Source of the DNA: Heteronotia binoei | Taxonomy: Eukaryota | Length of the DNA stretch: 64,000 bases | NCBI RefSeq assembly: GCF_032191835.1 | Contig: NC_083237.1 | Coordinates: 10,354,001 to 10,418,000, forward strand | Direction: 5' to 3' | Part shown: in pieces, positions 13,150-25,515 of the stretch | How the letters are laid out: each line of letters begins with the position of its first letter | How positions within the stretch are numbered: the first letter of the stretch is position 1 | Position numbers and translations under genes: made by a program | The notes under the pieces: model-generated | Database searches by the model: none | What the model was told of the DNA's origin: nothing | Seen by the model: the letters and a program-made list of their open reading frames with translations, nothing else

Positions 13150-13510
13150 TTTTACACAGTAATACATGGCAGTGTCTTCAGGATTCAGACCATTCATTTG
13201 CAGATACACTTTGTTCTGACAGGTGGCACTTTCTTGATGGGTGATGAACCCAGTGCATGCCATAGAGATTCCAAGCACTGCATGAATCAGTAGGGACTCT
13301 CCAGACATTTTCTCCCACCACCTGTTTCCGCAAGAATCTGGCAAGAAACCTGCAGAAAATAATGAAAATAATATTATAGAATTATAACAGTATGCATGTA
13401 AAGAAAAGCTCATTACAAAGCCGTGAAGTTTTCTAGTCAAACGAGAGATAACCCCTTTTCTTATATGCCCAGAAGATCATTAGAAAAGTTATGAAAATAC
13501 TCCCTGACAT
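13150..13510 (-). pseudogene. IGHV: IGHV-like pseudogene VH1
   Basis: 46-bp leader MSGSIFITFLMIFWA (13465-13510) with donor GTAAG mutated to ATAAG; acceptor at 13350-13351; frameshifted FR1, GMHWV, and KVYLQMNGLNPEDTAMYYCVK; CDR2/FR3 deleted and RSS collapsed. Confidence 0.85.
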
Positions 13511-13619
13511 GACTTTTGTGCTAGGAAATGTCTCCTAGGAATGCACAGGGAATTGAATCCTATGAAAGATCTTGAATACTTTATCAACAGACTCCTTTTT
13601 AAAATGACACTAGATTGTC

Positions 13620-13627
13620 ATTTGCAT
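13620..13627 (-). promoter_or_regulatory. Ig octamer ATGCAAAT, VH1 promoter
   Basis: 110 bp upstream of the leader ATG, in VH-type orientation. Confidence 0.75.
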
Positions 13628-13842
13628 GAGGACAAGGCCGATATTATATGCACATAACAAAGCCTCCAACGAACTAATACCTGGAATGACATAAGCAGCA
13701 ACTCCTTCTTCCCTGTATCTGCTCTGTACAGTTTTATGAAAACAGTCAATCACGTGGAATTTTTCTCCCCACCACTAACACAGCTTGCACACATGGAAAT
13801 GTAATAATGGAAGGCCAGTTCTATAAAAAATGTAATAGTTTC

Positions 13843-14301
13843 AAGCGCTCCCTCTAAGCTGTGGAGTCTTGCGAGCAAAAATTCTACTTTGTGAGCTACT
13901 GGCATTGAAGTTGCCAGTGACGATTTCCAACTAGCCTTATGCCACTCTCACTCTCCTCTTCTCCGCGGGGCTTCCATTGGATTTCACACTATCTGCCCCG
14001 GGGCTGCAACTCACTCCGCCTATTTCATGCCGAAAACAAGATCCTCTAAAAATCAGTTTCTGTTTGCTGCATGAAAATGGTAAAGCTAGTTGCAGCCCTG
14101 GGGCAGATAGTGTGAAATCCGACGGAAGCCCCGCAGAGAAGAGGAACGTGAAAGGGGCATAAGGGTAGTGGGAAAGCAGTCAGTGACTGCATGAATGAGT
14201 TTGCTCTGAGGCCATTTTTCCTGAGCTAAAACAAAAATGTGTGAGCCAGAGGCTAAAAAACTATGCGCTAGCTCACGCTAACTCAGTGTAGAGGGAACAT
14301 T
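13843..14301. mobile_element. Nested MITEs: TA-flanked element (13934-14165) inside an older element
   Basis: Inner element has about 75-bp inverted ends and TA on both sides. Outer ends GCGCTCCCTCTAAGCT / TAGAGGGAACATT are only roughly placed. Confidence 0.65.
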
Positions 14302-14691
14302 TCAGCTACTTACCACTGTAACTATAGTTATGGTAATAGTTAGAGAATCCCACCCCCCAAAAAGCAAATCTTAAATTTTCTGTATAAAATGCAAAGTAGT
14401 AAGATACAAATATGTTCAGTAAGATTCAATGGAGCATGCAACTTTGGAATCAGCTAAACAACCGTTTAACCTAATAATACATTTTCTGGAAGTGTTTGGT
14501 CAAGAGACTCTCCCCTTTGACAACTAAATTTCGTCACAAATGTTGGCCAGTTTGTGGATTGCAAAGGGATGTTCATGAATGAAAGAACCCCCATGAACAT
14601 TCACAAGTTTTAATGCGGTTCATGACAGTTTGAGTTGGTTAGAGCAGAGAGCAGGGACTTAATAGCTCCAAGTCATTTAAACCCCTGCTTT

Positions 14692-15435
14692 AAGAACATA
14701 AGAGAAGCCATGTTGGATCAGACCAATGGCCCATCCAGTCCAACACTCTGTGTCACACAGTGGCCAATATATATACAGCCACCATATCCTCCTGTGGCAG
14801 TGAATTCCACATGTTAATCACCCTTTGGGTGAAGAAGTACTTCCTTTTATCCGTTTTAACCTGACTGCTCAGCAATTTCATCGAATGCCCACGAGATCTT
14901 GTATTGTGAGAAAGGGAGAAAAGTACTTCTTTCCCTACTTTCTCCATCCCATGCATAATCTTGCAAATTTCTATCATGTCACTCCGCAGTTGACGTTTCT
15001 CCAAGCTAAAGAGCCCCAAGCGTTTTAACCTTTCTTCATAGGGAAAGTGTTCCAAACCTTTAATCATTCTAGTTGCCCTTTTCTGGACTTTTTCCAATGC
15101 CATAATATCCTTTTTGAGGTGCGGTGACCAGAATTATATACAGTATTCCAAATGAGACCGCACCATCGATTTATACAGGGGCATTATGATACTGGCTGAT
15201 TTGTTTTCAATTCCTTTCCTAATAATTCCCAGCATGGTGTTGGCCTTTTTTATTGCAATTGCACGCTGTCTTGACATTTTCAGTGAGTTCTCTACCACGA
15301 CCCCAAGATCTCTCTCTTGGTCAGTCTCTGCCAGTTCACATCCCATCAACTTGTATTTGTAGCTGGGATTCTTGGCCCCAATGTGCATTACTTTGCACTT
15401 GGCCACATTGAACCTCATCTGCCACGTTGATGCCA
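14692..15435 (-). mobile_element. 5'-truncated CR1 LINE
   Basis: WQMRFNVAKCKVMHIG and ALEKVQKRATRMIKGLEHFPYEERLKRLGLFSLEKR (CR1 ORF2 C-terminus), TTCTTATG-type tail. Confidence 0.92.
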
Positions 15436-15547
15436 CGTTGCCACGTTGCTTTCTGCTCTTCATGAAAAAACAGCTGAGTGGCACTCAGTGGCACTCCCTG
15501 TCACTCAACTGTTTGGTTTTAATTGCTTGGAGTAATTTAAACAACTG

Positions 15548-15606
<59 letters not shown>

Positions 15607-15699
15607 GCCACAGGGAGCAGAAAGCAGGTTTCATAAATCCATGTAAGTCGATTTGGTTCATAAGAAGAAGGTTCATGGTGCAGTTTGTGCCAATACTCC

Positions 15700-16420
15700 T
15701 TGCCAATAGCATAATGCGGCCCCTTCCTGCCTGCACCGCTTCCGGCAGCTGAAGGCGGGGGCCGTTTTTGCCTCCCTGGATGGAGAGAGGCAAACAAGCC
15801 TCCCCCATCCGGAGATGTTGGGGTGGGGGCCTGGATCGGGCTTTATAAGCCCAGGCACGCCTTTTGTGGTGCAGTTCGCCCGGGCTTTCGTCGGCCCACC
15901 CTCCCTCCCTGCAACAGGACAGGCTTCTCCGGTCGCCGTTTTGTATGGGGCCAGGTAGAAATTTTTTCATCTCAATGATTGGCACAGGTTGGGATGTGTT
16001 TCGCCTACCTTGTACTGTTTGCAGTTGTTTGGGAGTTCCTTTTTTCTTTTTCTTGCTCGGTAACTTTGGCAGGAGTTTTATTGGCTAGTTAGGTAACCGG
16101 TGAGCACCCTCGGTTTATTCCCGGTTTTAGGGAATATGGCGGGATGAACGACAAATAGGCTGGACGGCTCTTTGCTCGGATGCCCGCTATAGGGTTCCCT
16201 TCTCTGGCAGGCTGCTCTGGAGTACGGCACCTGGCTGGTTGAGGGTATACCTGGCCTTTGCCGGCCTGACATTAGCCGGTATTAATCGGCAACTGTTGGG
16301 GGCGGGGTGGCTCGCCCTGCTGAACAGGGAAGGGTCAGGGGTTTCCCTTGGCCTGTCCAGCTAGTTAGGTTGCCCCATGCCGTGTTGTGTTCAATAAAGT
16401 TGCCCTTGTTTGTTTACCCA
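15700..16420 (+). mobile_element. GC-rich LTR-like or DIRS-like terminal repeat
   Basis: Abrupt GC/CpG-rich block with TATAA (about 15845) and AATAAA (about 16392). No TSD identified. Confidence 0.4.
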
Positions 16421-16779
16421 TATACTTTTGTCTCTTTCTTCCTACTGGGAAGGCAATTAAGTGCATAACCTGGGTTTCTTGTAATGAAAGGTCTCAAATT
16501 TGTGGGGGCGGGATTTGTGGGGATTAAATGTAGTATTGGAAGGATATTCAGATCTGAGGGAGTGACACAATGGAAGGTGAGGCAACAATGAGGTTTTTCA
16601 TTTAGTGAAGTCATCTTAATTGAGAGAAGAGCTCCAGACATCTGGTTCCTGTGGTAAAACTAGATTTCCCTTTCTCATATTTGTGGTTTCCCATCAAAGT
16701 TCAGCTTCCTTAGTTGCCAATGTGGTGGAACATGAGCACCACCAGCAGCACATTCCTGTCTGAAACTGCATAGTGAAAG

Positions 16780-16818
16780 GCTTTTTGCATGAGCTCAGAG
16801 CAGCCTCCATTCACTGTG
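16780..16818 (-). other. 23-RSS of VH2
   Basis: CACAGTG, 23 bp, GCAAAAAGC, directly after the V exon. Confidence 0.9.
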
Positions 16819-17302
16819 TCTCTCGCACAGTAACACACAGCCGTGTCTTCTTGCCTGAGGTTGCTCATCTGGAGGTAGAAGTTGGAGCTGTCCTTGGATG
16901 GCAGGTGAATAATAGTTGGTTGAAGAAGATCTGTAGTATGAAGAAGATCTGTAGTATGATCTGTAGTATGAAGAAAATCTGTAGTATCCAGGCCTTGCCC
17001 TGGCTTCTGTCTGACCCAAGCAGTGTACCAATCATTCAGGACAAATCCACTGGTGGCACACATCAGCTGAACAGATTCCCCGGGCCTCTTCAATTCTGAA
17101 CCTTCTTGGGTCAAAACAACCTCTGAATGGGCTCCTGGAAAGAATACTAAGTGAAGTCACTCTTACTTTCATACTTTGCACTAATGACAACATTCTTATC
17201 GTGGAACGATCTTATGAAGACGTTCCTAAAATGTTATGGGGGATAGAGAAAATTACCTTCCCAAACAGCTACAAAGAGAATCACATGGAGCCAATGTGCC
17301 AT
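16819..17302 (-). CDS. IGHV: IGHV-like gene VH2; open frame but CDR2 region scrambled, probably non-functional
   Basis: Leader MAHWLHVILFVAVWE (17257-17302, GTAATT donor). V exon 16819-17134: [57 protein letters not shown]. Confidence 0.85.
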
Positions 17303-17377
17303 GTTTCGTGGTCCAAAGAAGATGGTTTGAGTCCTTCCTTTTGAACCAGAGATCTTGAAGGCTCAGACAAATGCAGA

Positions 17378-17409
17378 TTTATAGAGACAAGCGTCACTTT
17401 CATTTGCAT
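17378..17409 (-). promoter_or_regulatory. VH2 promoter: octamer (17402-17409) and TATAAA (17378-17383)
   Basis: Exact octamer 100 bp upstream of the ATG, with a TATA box between them. Confidence 0.85.
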
Positions 17410-19415
17410 ATCATTCAAGATAACATACAGGGGTGGACTGGGAGGCCAAAATGGCCAAGGAATGACTCCTCCTGCAGCTGCTGCCCCTCCCACCACCACC
17501 ATGCCTTCTCACTTGATAAAGGAGTGGAGAGAAAAGCGGTACCCTTTATACTTGCCAGCTATACTGTACATGATCTGGCAAAACAAAGGCAGGAACAGTC
17601 GCACTTCTCCTTTCCAGTTGCACCACACCTCAGCTGATTCAGGGATGAGACAGTTACTGTTGTGCTCTTGGTTCTCCTTAGCTGGTGGTGTATGGTGAGG
17701 TCAGCAATGAAGAGTACAGATTATTCCATGCTCCTTCTTGCTTGGGCATTCCACACCTGTTCTGAAGAGTTCCCAACACTGCTTTGGTAAATGCTGGGAG
17801 ATATTAAGAGTAGTGTCTGGAGAGTCCAGAGGTTAGGGTGGATGTGAGATCACTTCTGGGTGATGCTGTAGGCTGCATCTCCTAGCTTTAGGGTTGCCAG
17901 GTCCCTTGGATGAGTGAGCAGAGGATGGGGAGTGCACTTAGCCAGGAATGGAGTGGGAAGAAGCCAGAAAAAGACACAGGAAGAGTTAGAGTCAAGTTGC
18001 ATAACTAACACACACCCCAAACACACTTATATGTAATATTTGAGAAAATCTGTTTCAATTGATCTGAACAAGTGTACATGTACACAATCTAAGTCTCTCA
18101 GCTCTCACTTGTAACCAGAAGTGAACTTCATTGGTATTGAAGGTACCACTGGACTCAAACTTCATTCTCACATCCGTTCATTAATTCTTATATTTCCTGG
18201 TAATTTGTATGCTAATTGATTGACAATCAAGATCAGATCGTAACAGTTGCCTTAATCTGTTATCTGTTCATCCACCCTCTGTTATCCACCCACTTACTTA
18301 TGCGTCTTGATTCTAACTAGACCTTCCTGGCATTTCACCCCCCTTCCTATATGTAATGGTTGAGGAAATTCTGTTTCACTTCATCTGAAGAAGTGTGCCT
18401 GCACATTAAAGTTTATACCTTGAATAAAAGTTGGTTGGTCTTAAAGATGCCACTGGACTCCAACTTTGTTCTGCGGCTTCAGATCAACACAGCTACATGG
18501 TAAACCATTTCGGCTCCCAATCTGCCACAGAAGCAGAAATTGATACTTGTTATAAGTCTGCTCTTGTCTACTGCTGACCAACGAAAGATGATTGCTGTCA
18601 CTGTTGTTTCATAGGTCATTGCTGGAACTCTTCTAGCAGGAGACAGAACTGCCCATTCAGTATTCAAATTACTATTTAAAATACAAGCACAGCAATCTAA
18701 GGTATTGTAGAGCATAAGAACACAAAAGAAGCCATGTTGGATCAGGCCAATGGCCCATCCAATCCAACACTCTGTCACACAGTGGCCAAAAAAACCAGGT
18801 GCCATCAGGAGGTCCACCAGTCTACCACACTAGAAGCCCTCCACTGCAGCCCAACTATACCATTTTCCAGCTATACCTTGTGGCTAATAGCCACAGATGG
18901 ACCTCTGCTCCATATATTTATCCAATCCCCTCTTGAAGCTGTCTATGCTTGTAGCCGCCACCACCTCCCGTGGCAGTGAATTCCATGTGTTAATCACCCT
19001 TTGGGTGAAGAAGGACTTCCTTTTATCTGTTCTAGCCCGAGTGCTCAGAAATCTCATAGTAGCCTTACGTCAATTAGGGAGAGAGTTGAGGTCACATTGA
19101 TTATAGAGTCATCATCAATGTCTTTGCCTACATCTCTATGAATGCCAGATTCAGGGCATGGCTGCCTGCCATCAACCTGCAGGAGTGAAAGCTCAGGACA
19201 TACCTCTAAAAAAGAAATCAGAGATTTCAGTGACTTACAGGGCTTTTATCCCAAAATAGCTTGCTGCAAAAATCGACTACGGCATATCATGCAAACACAG
19301 ATGATCCTTTAAGGTTTGCAAGTCTTCTTTGGACAACCTGCCTTTCTCACTCTCCCAGATGCTGCTTCTTCAAGGGGGAAACTACCCGAGATTTTCCCCT
19401 TGTGGCCATGCTGTG

Positions 19416-19454
19416 GGTTTTGGTGCAAGCTCTAATTCCCTTTTTCTCAATGTG
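19416..19454 (-). other. 23-RSS of VH3
   Basis: CACATTG, 23 bp, ACCAAAACC. Confidence 0.9.
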
Positions 19455-19953
19455 CATCTCTTGTGCAGTAATACACAGCCGTGTCCTCAGCTTTCAGGCT
19501 TGTCATACGCAGATAAATCTGTGATTTGGACCTATCTGCAGAGATGGTGAATCGGAATTTAAAAGCATCTGCATAGTGCGCTGTGCCCGCATAGATCCTT
19601 GCAATCCACTCTAGCCCCTTTTCAGGAGCCTGACGGACCCAGTGCATCCAGTAGCTGTCTATGTTGAACCCTGATGCTGTACAAGTGAGTTGGAGGGAAT
19701 CTCCAGGCCTTTTCACATCCCCTCCAGATTCCACCAAAGTCACATCAGACTGGACACCTAGAAAAGAGAGACACGTTATACGCCAATCCCGCACGGCTTA
19801 GCTTCTTGCAAATTGCTTCATGAGCCCGTTCATGGGAAGAGTGAGATAAAAATCAAAATAAGTAAATGCATTTAGTCAATTGCGTTAAAGCCAAAATGAA
19901 GAAATACCTTTGACAGCACAGAGAATGACAATGAAATGGAGCCAAAGAATCAT
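19455..19953 (-). CDS. IGHV: IGHV gene VH3, intact, clan III-like
   Basis: Leader [15 protein letters not shown] (19908-19953). V exon 19455-19757: [49 protein letters not shown]. Canonical splice sites. Confidence 0.95.
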
Positions 19954-20094
19954 TTCTGTTGGATGGAATAGAGGGGGAAGTGAGACGGAAGATGCTAGGT
20001 TGCAGTTAGGGGCAGGGAGCTGTAGATATCCTCTGCAACATCAGCCGGGGTGCAAAGCAAGAGAAGGGGAGTTTAAAGGACGGACTGTCCCACT

Positions 20095-20102
20095 ATTTGC
20101 AT
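20095..20102 (-). promoter_or_regulatory. Ig octamer, VH3 promoter
   Basis: Exact match 142 bp upstream of the ATG; same spacing as VH4. Confidence 0.85.
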
Positions 20103-23100
20103 ATCCCCCTCTATATAAGAAACCACTTTTCCATGAGGAATGCAATAAACGCTAAAACCCTGTTGGGCAACCCCAGGGCGATGGGGTGACTGACCATGAT
20201 TTTGATTGAACTTTTTTTGTTTGTTTCCAGCCATTTTAGTCAGGCCAGTCACAGAATCTGTCATTTAACCTGAGTCAGCCTTTTTTCTCTGCCCCAGTCT
20301 ATTCTAGAAGAAGAAGATATTGAATTAATATCCCTCCCTCCACTCCGAAGCTCGGAGTCTCAGAGCGGCTCACAATCTCCTTTATCTTCCTCCCCCACAA
20401 CAGACACCCTGTGAGGTGGGTGGGGCTGAGAGGGCTCTCACAGCAGCTGCCCTTTCAAGGACAACCTCTGCCAGAGCTATGGCTGACCCAAGGCCATTCC
20501 AGCAGCTGCAAGTGGAGGAGTGGAGAATAAAACCAGGTTCTCCCAGATAAGAGTCCACACACTTAACCACCACACCAAAGTGGCTCTCTAGGAATTAGTG
20601 ATAGGGGGAGGAAAGAGCGAGACTATGAATTCTTCAGGTTATGTCAATAAAGGTTTTTGGAATTGGAATTGGATTCTTCAGTTCAGTTGGACAATGCTCT
20701 TTGGGAGGTAACAGGCTTGCTGTCAGATCCTTTAGAGTCACCTCTTCTCCCCCTCCTTCAAATAATGCGTTGTCTCAAGGTTGTATCACATGAAAGCCAA
20801 TTTGGTGCAGTGGTTAAGTGCACAGACTCTTATCTGGGAGAAACGGGTTTGATTCCCCACTCCTCCACTTGCAGCTGCTGGGATGGCCTTGGGTCAGCCA
20901 TAGCCCTCGCAAAGCTGTCCCTGAAAGGGCAGCTTCTGTGAGAACTCTCTCAGCCTCACCTATCTCACAGGGTGTCTGTTGTGGGGGAGGAAGGTAAAGG
21001 AGACTGTAAGCCATGCTGAGACTCTAAGATTCAGGATGAAGGGCAGGGTATAAATCCAATATCATCATCTTCATCTTCTTCTTCTTCTTCGTTAAGGAGG
21101 GCACTTGACAGAACTTCACTGAGACAACATACATTAAGTCTATATGTCACCCACATAGAGTGCCTACTCTGGGTTGGGAAGTTCCTCAAGATTTGGGGAG
21201 TAGAGCCTTGGGGTTGGGGATGATCGCAGGGTATCCCTGAGCTTTCATCCCAAAATATGAAGTTGCCAAAGTTGGCTACAAGTCATTCGGCTACAAAACA
21301 GCCACTGATAGCAACTTGGGTTTACGAGGTCTCCACTGACAGCTTGTTTCCCTCACTTTCCCAACTGCTTTTGCTTCACTGTGACACCACTTGAGGAAAA
21401 CCACCTTCCCACTTGCGGCCTCTGTTTTTGTGAACGCTCAGATTCAACTGCTCTGGATCTGGGCCATGTCCTCCTCAGCTTTCAAGCCTGGTAAATGCAG
21501 TTAAATCAACTGGAGGCTGTACATTGGCCTTACACAAGCTCTATATTAGATTTGGTGCCCATTTTAATTTCCCTGCTAGATGAGGGCCCACATGGTCTAG
21601 TAATTAGACTGTCAAACTAGAATGGAGGAAATGATGAAACATCTTCATATCATGGACTTTCAATCAAGTTACCTTTAAACATGTAGGACCACAATAACTT
21701 TCACAGGGTTGTCTCAGAAGGACACATGAATATGGAAACCTGGGATCAGTTGAAAAGTTGGGTTCATCATGCATTAAGACAGTTTCTACATCAACAACAG
21801 ATTTCCAAGACACCTGCTTCCTGTTGTGAAAATTGGCTTCTGTTTCTGCTTTCTCTCCTGGTTGTGGTATGTATAAGTAAAGCATTTTGCCTGTTTATCA
21901 GTATTGTGGAACATGAGCACCACCACCAGGAAATTCTTTCCTGAACTAACATGGGGGATGAAGAACTTAACCCTTAAATAAAGGGGGAAACCATAGCATT
22001 TCTGGTAATTCCTAGAGGGGACTCATATCACTTCCAGGTTTTCCTGGAAGTGGCGTCATGCCATCAGGGACATTTTGTTTCCCTATTCTTTTTTCTCCCA
22101 CCACCCAGAGGAGCAGTTGTGGGAAACAGGAGACAGGGATGGGATGTCCCATCCCCACTGGGCAACTGGTAGCTCTGTTTCTAAGGCTGCACATGTTCCA
22201 AGATGCCTATTAATGTCACACAATGTTTTCCAATCTTCCAACTATGTGAAGAGGAAATGGCTATCCTTACAACAACTGGGTCACCACAAACTGTCTTATA
22301 GCCTTACAGGGAGAGTGTCCTGGTCACCTTGATGACAAAGTCAACCTCACGGTCCTTGCCTAAATTCAGGTCTTGAAGTCAGCAGGAGCTCACAAAAGCA
22401 CAGCTCTTGAACCTTTCTGAGGGTTCCCCCTCCTCCTCGCCATCTACCTACTTTGTCCATTGAATAGTAGGTGCAGCTGTGCATAACTATCCCTAGATTT
22501 GGAGAGCAGCCAGCCAACCAGCCACCAGGAGTTTTGCTATACACCCAGCAGCCTTCATTAACCCCTGGAGAAGTGTGTACCACCCTTTCTCCACTTCTTA
22601 TGTGATTTCAAATAGCAGGTGGCTTGCTGGCCTTTTGACTGTAGGGGGTGGGGCACCCAAGGACAGCCCCAGGTGAACGAGGCCTGCTTGAGCTAGCTGG
22701 ATCTCTAGCCAGCCCATGCAGGCCTCGTTCACCTGGCGCTCTCTCTTCTTGCATGGGGTTGCTTTTGGCTGGTGGAGGGGTGGCAGATGTTAATGAATTA
22801 TGCTAATGAGTTCCACCACCTATGTTTCTACAAAACGACCCCTGGCTATATCTCCATGAATGTCAGGGCCAGGACACAGCTGCCAGGTGTCATCCTACAG
22901 GATTGGCAGCTGTCATCCACACCTCTTGAATATGCAAATAGAATATACAAAAAAGAAATCAGAGATTTCCAAGAAATGCTGGGCTTTTATCTCAATATAG
23001 CTGGCTGCAGAAAAAGGCGTTGATGTTTCACACAACCACAGGCAATCCTTTGAGGGTTGCAAGTGCTTTTTGGACAGCCTGTTTGTTGTTTTCTTTCTCA

Positions 23101-23171
23101 CTTTCCAAAGGGTTTCTTCTTCAACAGGAAACCACTAGAGAATCCCCCACCCCCTTTGTGGCCACACTTTA

Positions 23172-23211
23172 GGTTTTTGTGCAAGATCTGAATTCTCTTT
23201 TCCTCGCTGTG
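23172..23211 (-). other. RSS of VH4 with 24-bp spacer
   Basis: CACAGCG, 24 bp (23181-23204), consensus nonamer ACAAAAACC. Confidence 0.85.
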
Positions 23212-23645
23212 GTTCTCTTGCACAGTAATACTTAGCCGTGTCCTCAGTTTTCAGGCTTGTCATACTCAGATGAACCTGCTGTTTGGAACGATCTGCAGAG
23301 ATTGTGAATCGGCCTTTAAAAGCACTGTATATTGTGCCTTTATTGATCTGATTGATCCATTCCAGTCCCTTTCCAGGAGCCTGACGGACCCAGTGTATCC
23401 AGTAGTCATCTATGTTGAGCCCGGATGTTGTACAAGTGAGTTGGAGGGAATCTCCAGGCCGTCGCACACCCCCACCGGATTCTACCAAAGTTATATCAGA
23501 CTGGACACCTAGGGAGGGAGAGAGAGAAGTTAGAAACCAACCAGTGCTGCTTAGCTTCCTGCAAGTGGCACTCGTCAATTCACAGAAAAAAAGAAATACC
23601 TTTGACAGCAAGGAGAGTGACAATTAAATGGAGCCAAAGAATCAT
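23212..23645 (-). CDS. IGHV: IGHV gene VH4, intact, same family as VH3
   Basis: Leader [15 protein letters not shown] (23600-23645). V exon 23212-23508: [39 protein letters not shown]. Confidence 0.95.
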
Positions 23646-23786
23646 TTCTGTTGGATGGATTAGAGGGAAATGTGAGGCAGACGATGCAAGGTTGCAATTA
23701 GAGGCCGGGAGCTGTATGTATCCTCGGAGTGATCAGCTGGAAAACAGAGCAAGAGGAGGGGAGTTTAAAGGATGGCCAGTCCCACT

Positions 23787-23794
23787 ATTTGCAT
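23787..23794 (-). promoter_or_regulatory. Ig octamer, VH4 promoter
   Basis: Exact match 142 bp upstream of the ATG. Confidence 0.85.
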
Positions 23795-24128
23795 ATTCCC
23801 GTCTATATAAGGCAAACCCTTTCCATGACCAACGCAGGAAACCCAGAAGCTCTGTTTGGTGACCTCAGGGCAGTAGTTCAATGAATATTATTATTATTTT
23901 TCTTAATTCAGCCAGAAGAGCATTAACTTAACAGTTCAGTAGCAGGAAGATTTTGGGTTATTTGTTTTGGCAAGTCCCAGATGGAATCTAGATGCAATGC
24001 TTTAAGAATTTCTATCCTCTGCCATTCAATAACAGCAATCAATATTAGGAATAATTCATTATTTCAGGTCAACCTTGCTTGGGTACATCCCATTTAGAAG
24101 CAATTGTATTTTCATTCATTCATTGCAT

Positions 24129-24530
24129 AAGAACATAAGAGAAGCCATGTTGGATCAGGCCAATGGCCCATCCAGTCCAACACTCTGTGTCACATAAGAA
24201 CATAAAAGAAGCCACGCTGGATCAGGCCAATGGCCCATCCCGTCCAACACTCTGTGTCACATAAGAACATAAGAGAAGCCATGTTGGATCAGGCCAATGG
24301 CCCATCCAGTCCAACACTCTGTGTCACATAAGAACATAAGAGAAGCCATGTTGGATCAGGCCAATGGCCCATCCAGTCCAACACTCTGTGTCACATAAGA
24401 ACATAAGAGAAGCCATGTTGGATCAGGCCAATGGCCCATCCTGTCCAACACTCTGTGTCACATAAGAACATAAGAGAAGCCACATTGGATCAGGCCAATG
24501 GCCCATCCAGTCCAACACTCTGTGTCACAC
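24129..24530 (-). repeat. 6 x 67-bp tandem array of the CR1 terminal 3' UTR
   Basis: Unit matches the single CR1 ends at 14692 and 18712. Confidence 0.92.
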
Positions 24531-25099
24531 AGTGGACAATATATTTGTGCATATATATATATATACATACACACACACACACACCTATATATATACTGTG
24601 GCTAATAGCCACTGATGGACCTCTGCTCCATATTTTTATCCAAGCCCCTCTTAAAGCTGGCTATGCTTCATTCATTCACTTCCCCCCAATATCCCCATCA
24701 AGGTATACAGCACTGTATAGAATTCCATAAACCAAACAGGTGGTATATACATTTGTTCTTTGGTGAAGTGTCTGCCACTGTCACTTTGATCGCAGAGACA
24801 TCAGACATCATCTCATTTGCTAATAAGGAAGCCCAGTAGACCACAGTTATTAAAGATCTCTCCTGCTTGCTTTTCAATGACCATTCAAATCTGCAGTGGA
24901 TGCTATAAATGTGGAAGAGGAGAGGGGGTGATGAGTTATGAATAGCAGACCTTTGTTCTGAACCCTGCCCCCCTGTCTTCGCCCAAAGGCTCTTCAGAAT
25001 GTACTAGGTTCCACTTAAGGAATGGAGCTGCAAAAGACCTCTGCAATATCAACTGAAGTTCAGAGCAAGAGGAGGCAATTTTGAAGGATGGACAATTCA

Positions 25100-25515
25100 C
25101 AGGGGTCGTTTTGTAGAAAAATAGGTGGTGGAGCTCATTAGCATAACTCTTCAGCACATGCTGCCCTGCCAGCCAAAAGCAACCTGATGCATGAAAAGAG
25201 AGCCCTGGGCAAGTGAGGCCTGCTTGGGCTGGCTAGAGGTCTATGTGTGGGTCAAAAGGACAGCAAACCACCCACCGTCTAAAATCAAGTAAGAAGTGGA
25301 GAAAGGGTGGCATGGGCTTCTCCAGGAGTTTATGAGGTCTGCTGGGGTCATGGCAAAGCCCTTGGTGGCTGGCTGGCTGCCCACTCTCCTAATCCAGAGA
25401 ATGTTATGCAGCTGCCCCTACTATTCAATGGACAAGGGAGGGGGGGAGGAGGGGAAAAACCTCAGAAAGGTTCAGGAGCTTTGCTCCTGTGAGCTCCCGT
25501 TGAATCCGAGGCCTG
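25100..25515. mobile_element. hAT-type MITE
   Basis: CAGGGGTC..GGCCTG ends with TSD ACAATTCA/ACAATTCC. A related short copy at 59023-59192 has a perfect TSD GCTGTATC. Confidence 0.75.

Noticed and set aside
17646-17700. Plus-strand leader-like peptide MRQLLLCSWFSLAGGV facing away from the VH2 octamer
   Set aside because: No phase-compatible strong donor and no downstream V exon or RSS on that strand.
21415-21530. Possible FR3 relic (LHLPGLKAEEDMA) with ACAAAAACA nearby on the minus strand
   Set aside because: No YYC or heptamer; too short to separate from chance.
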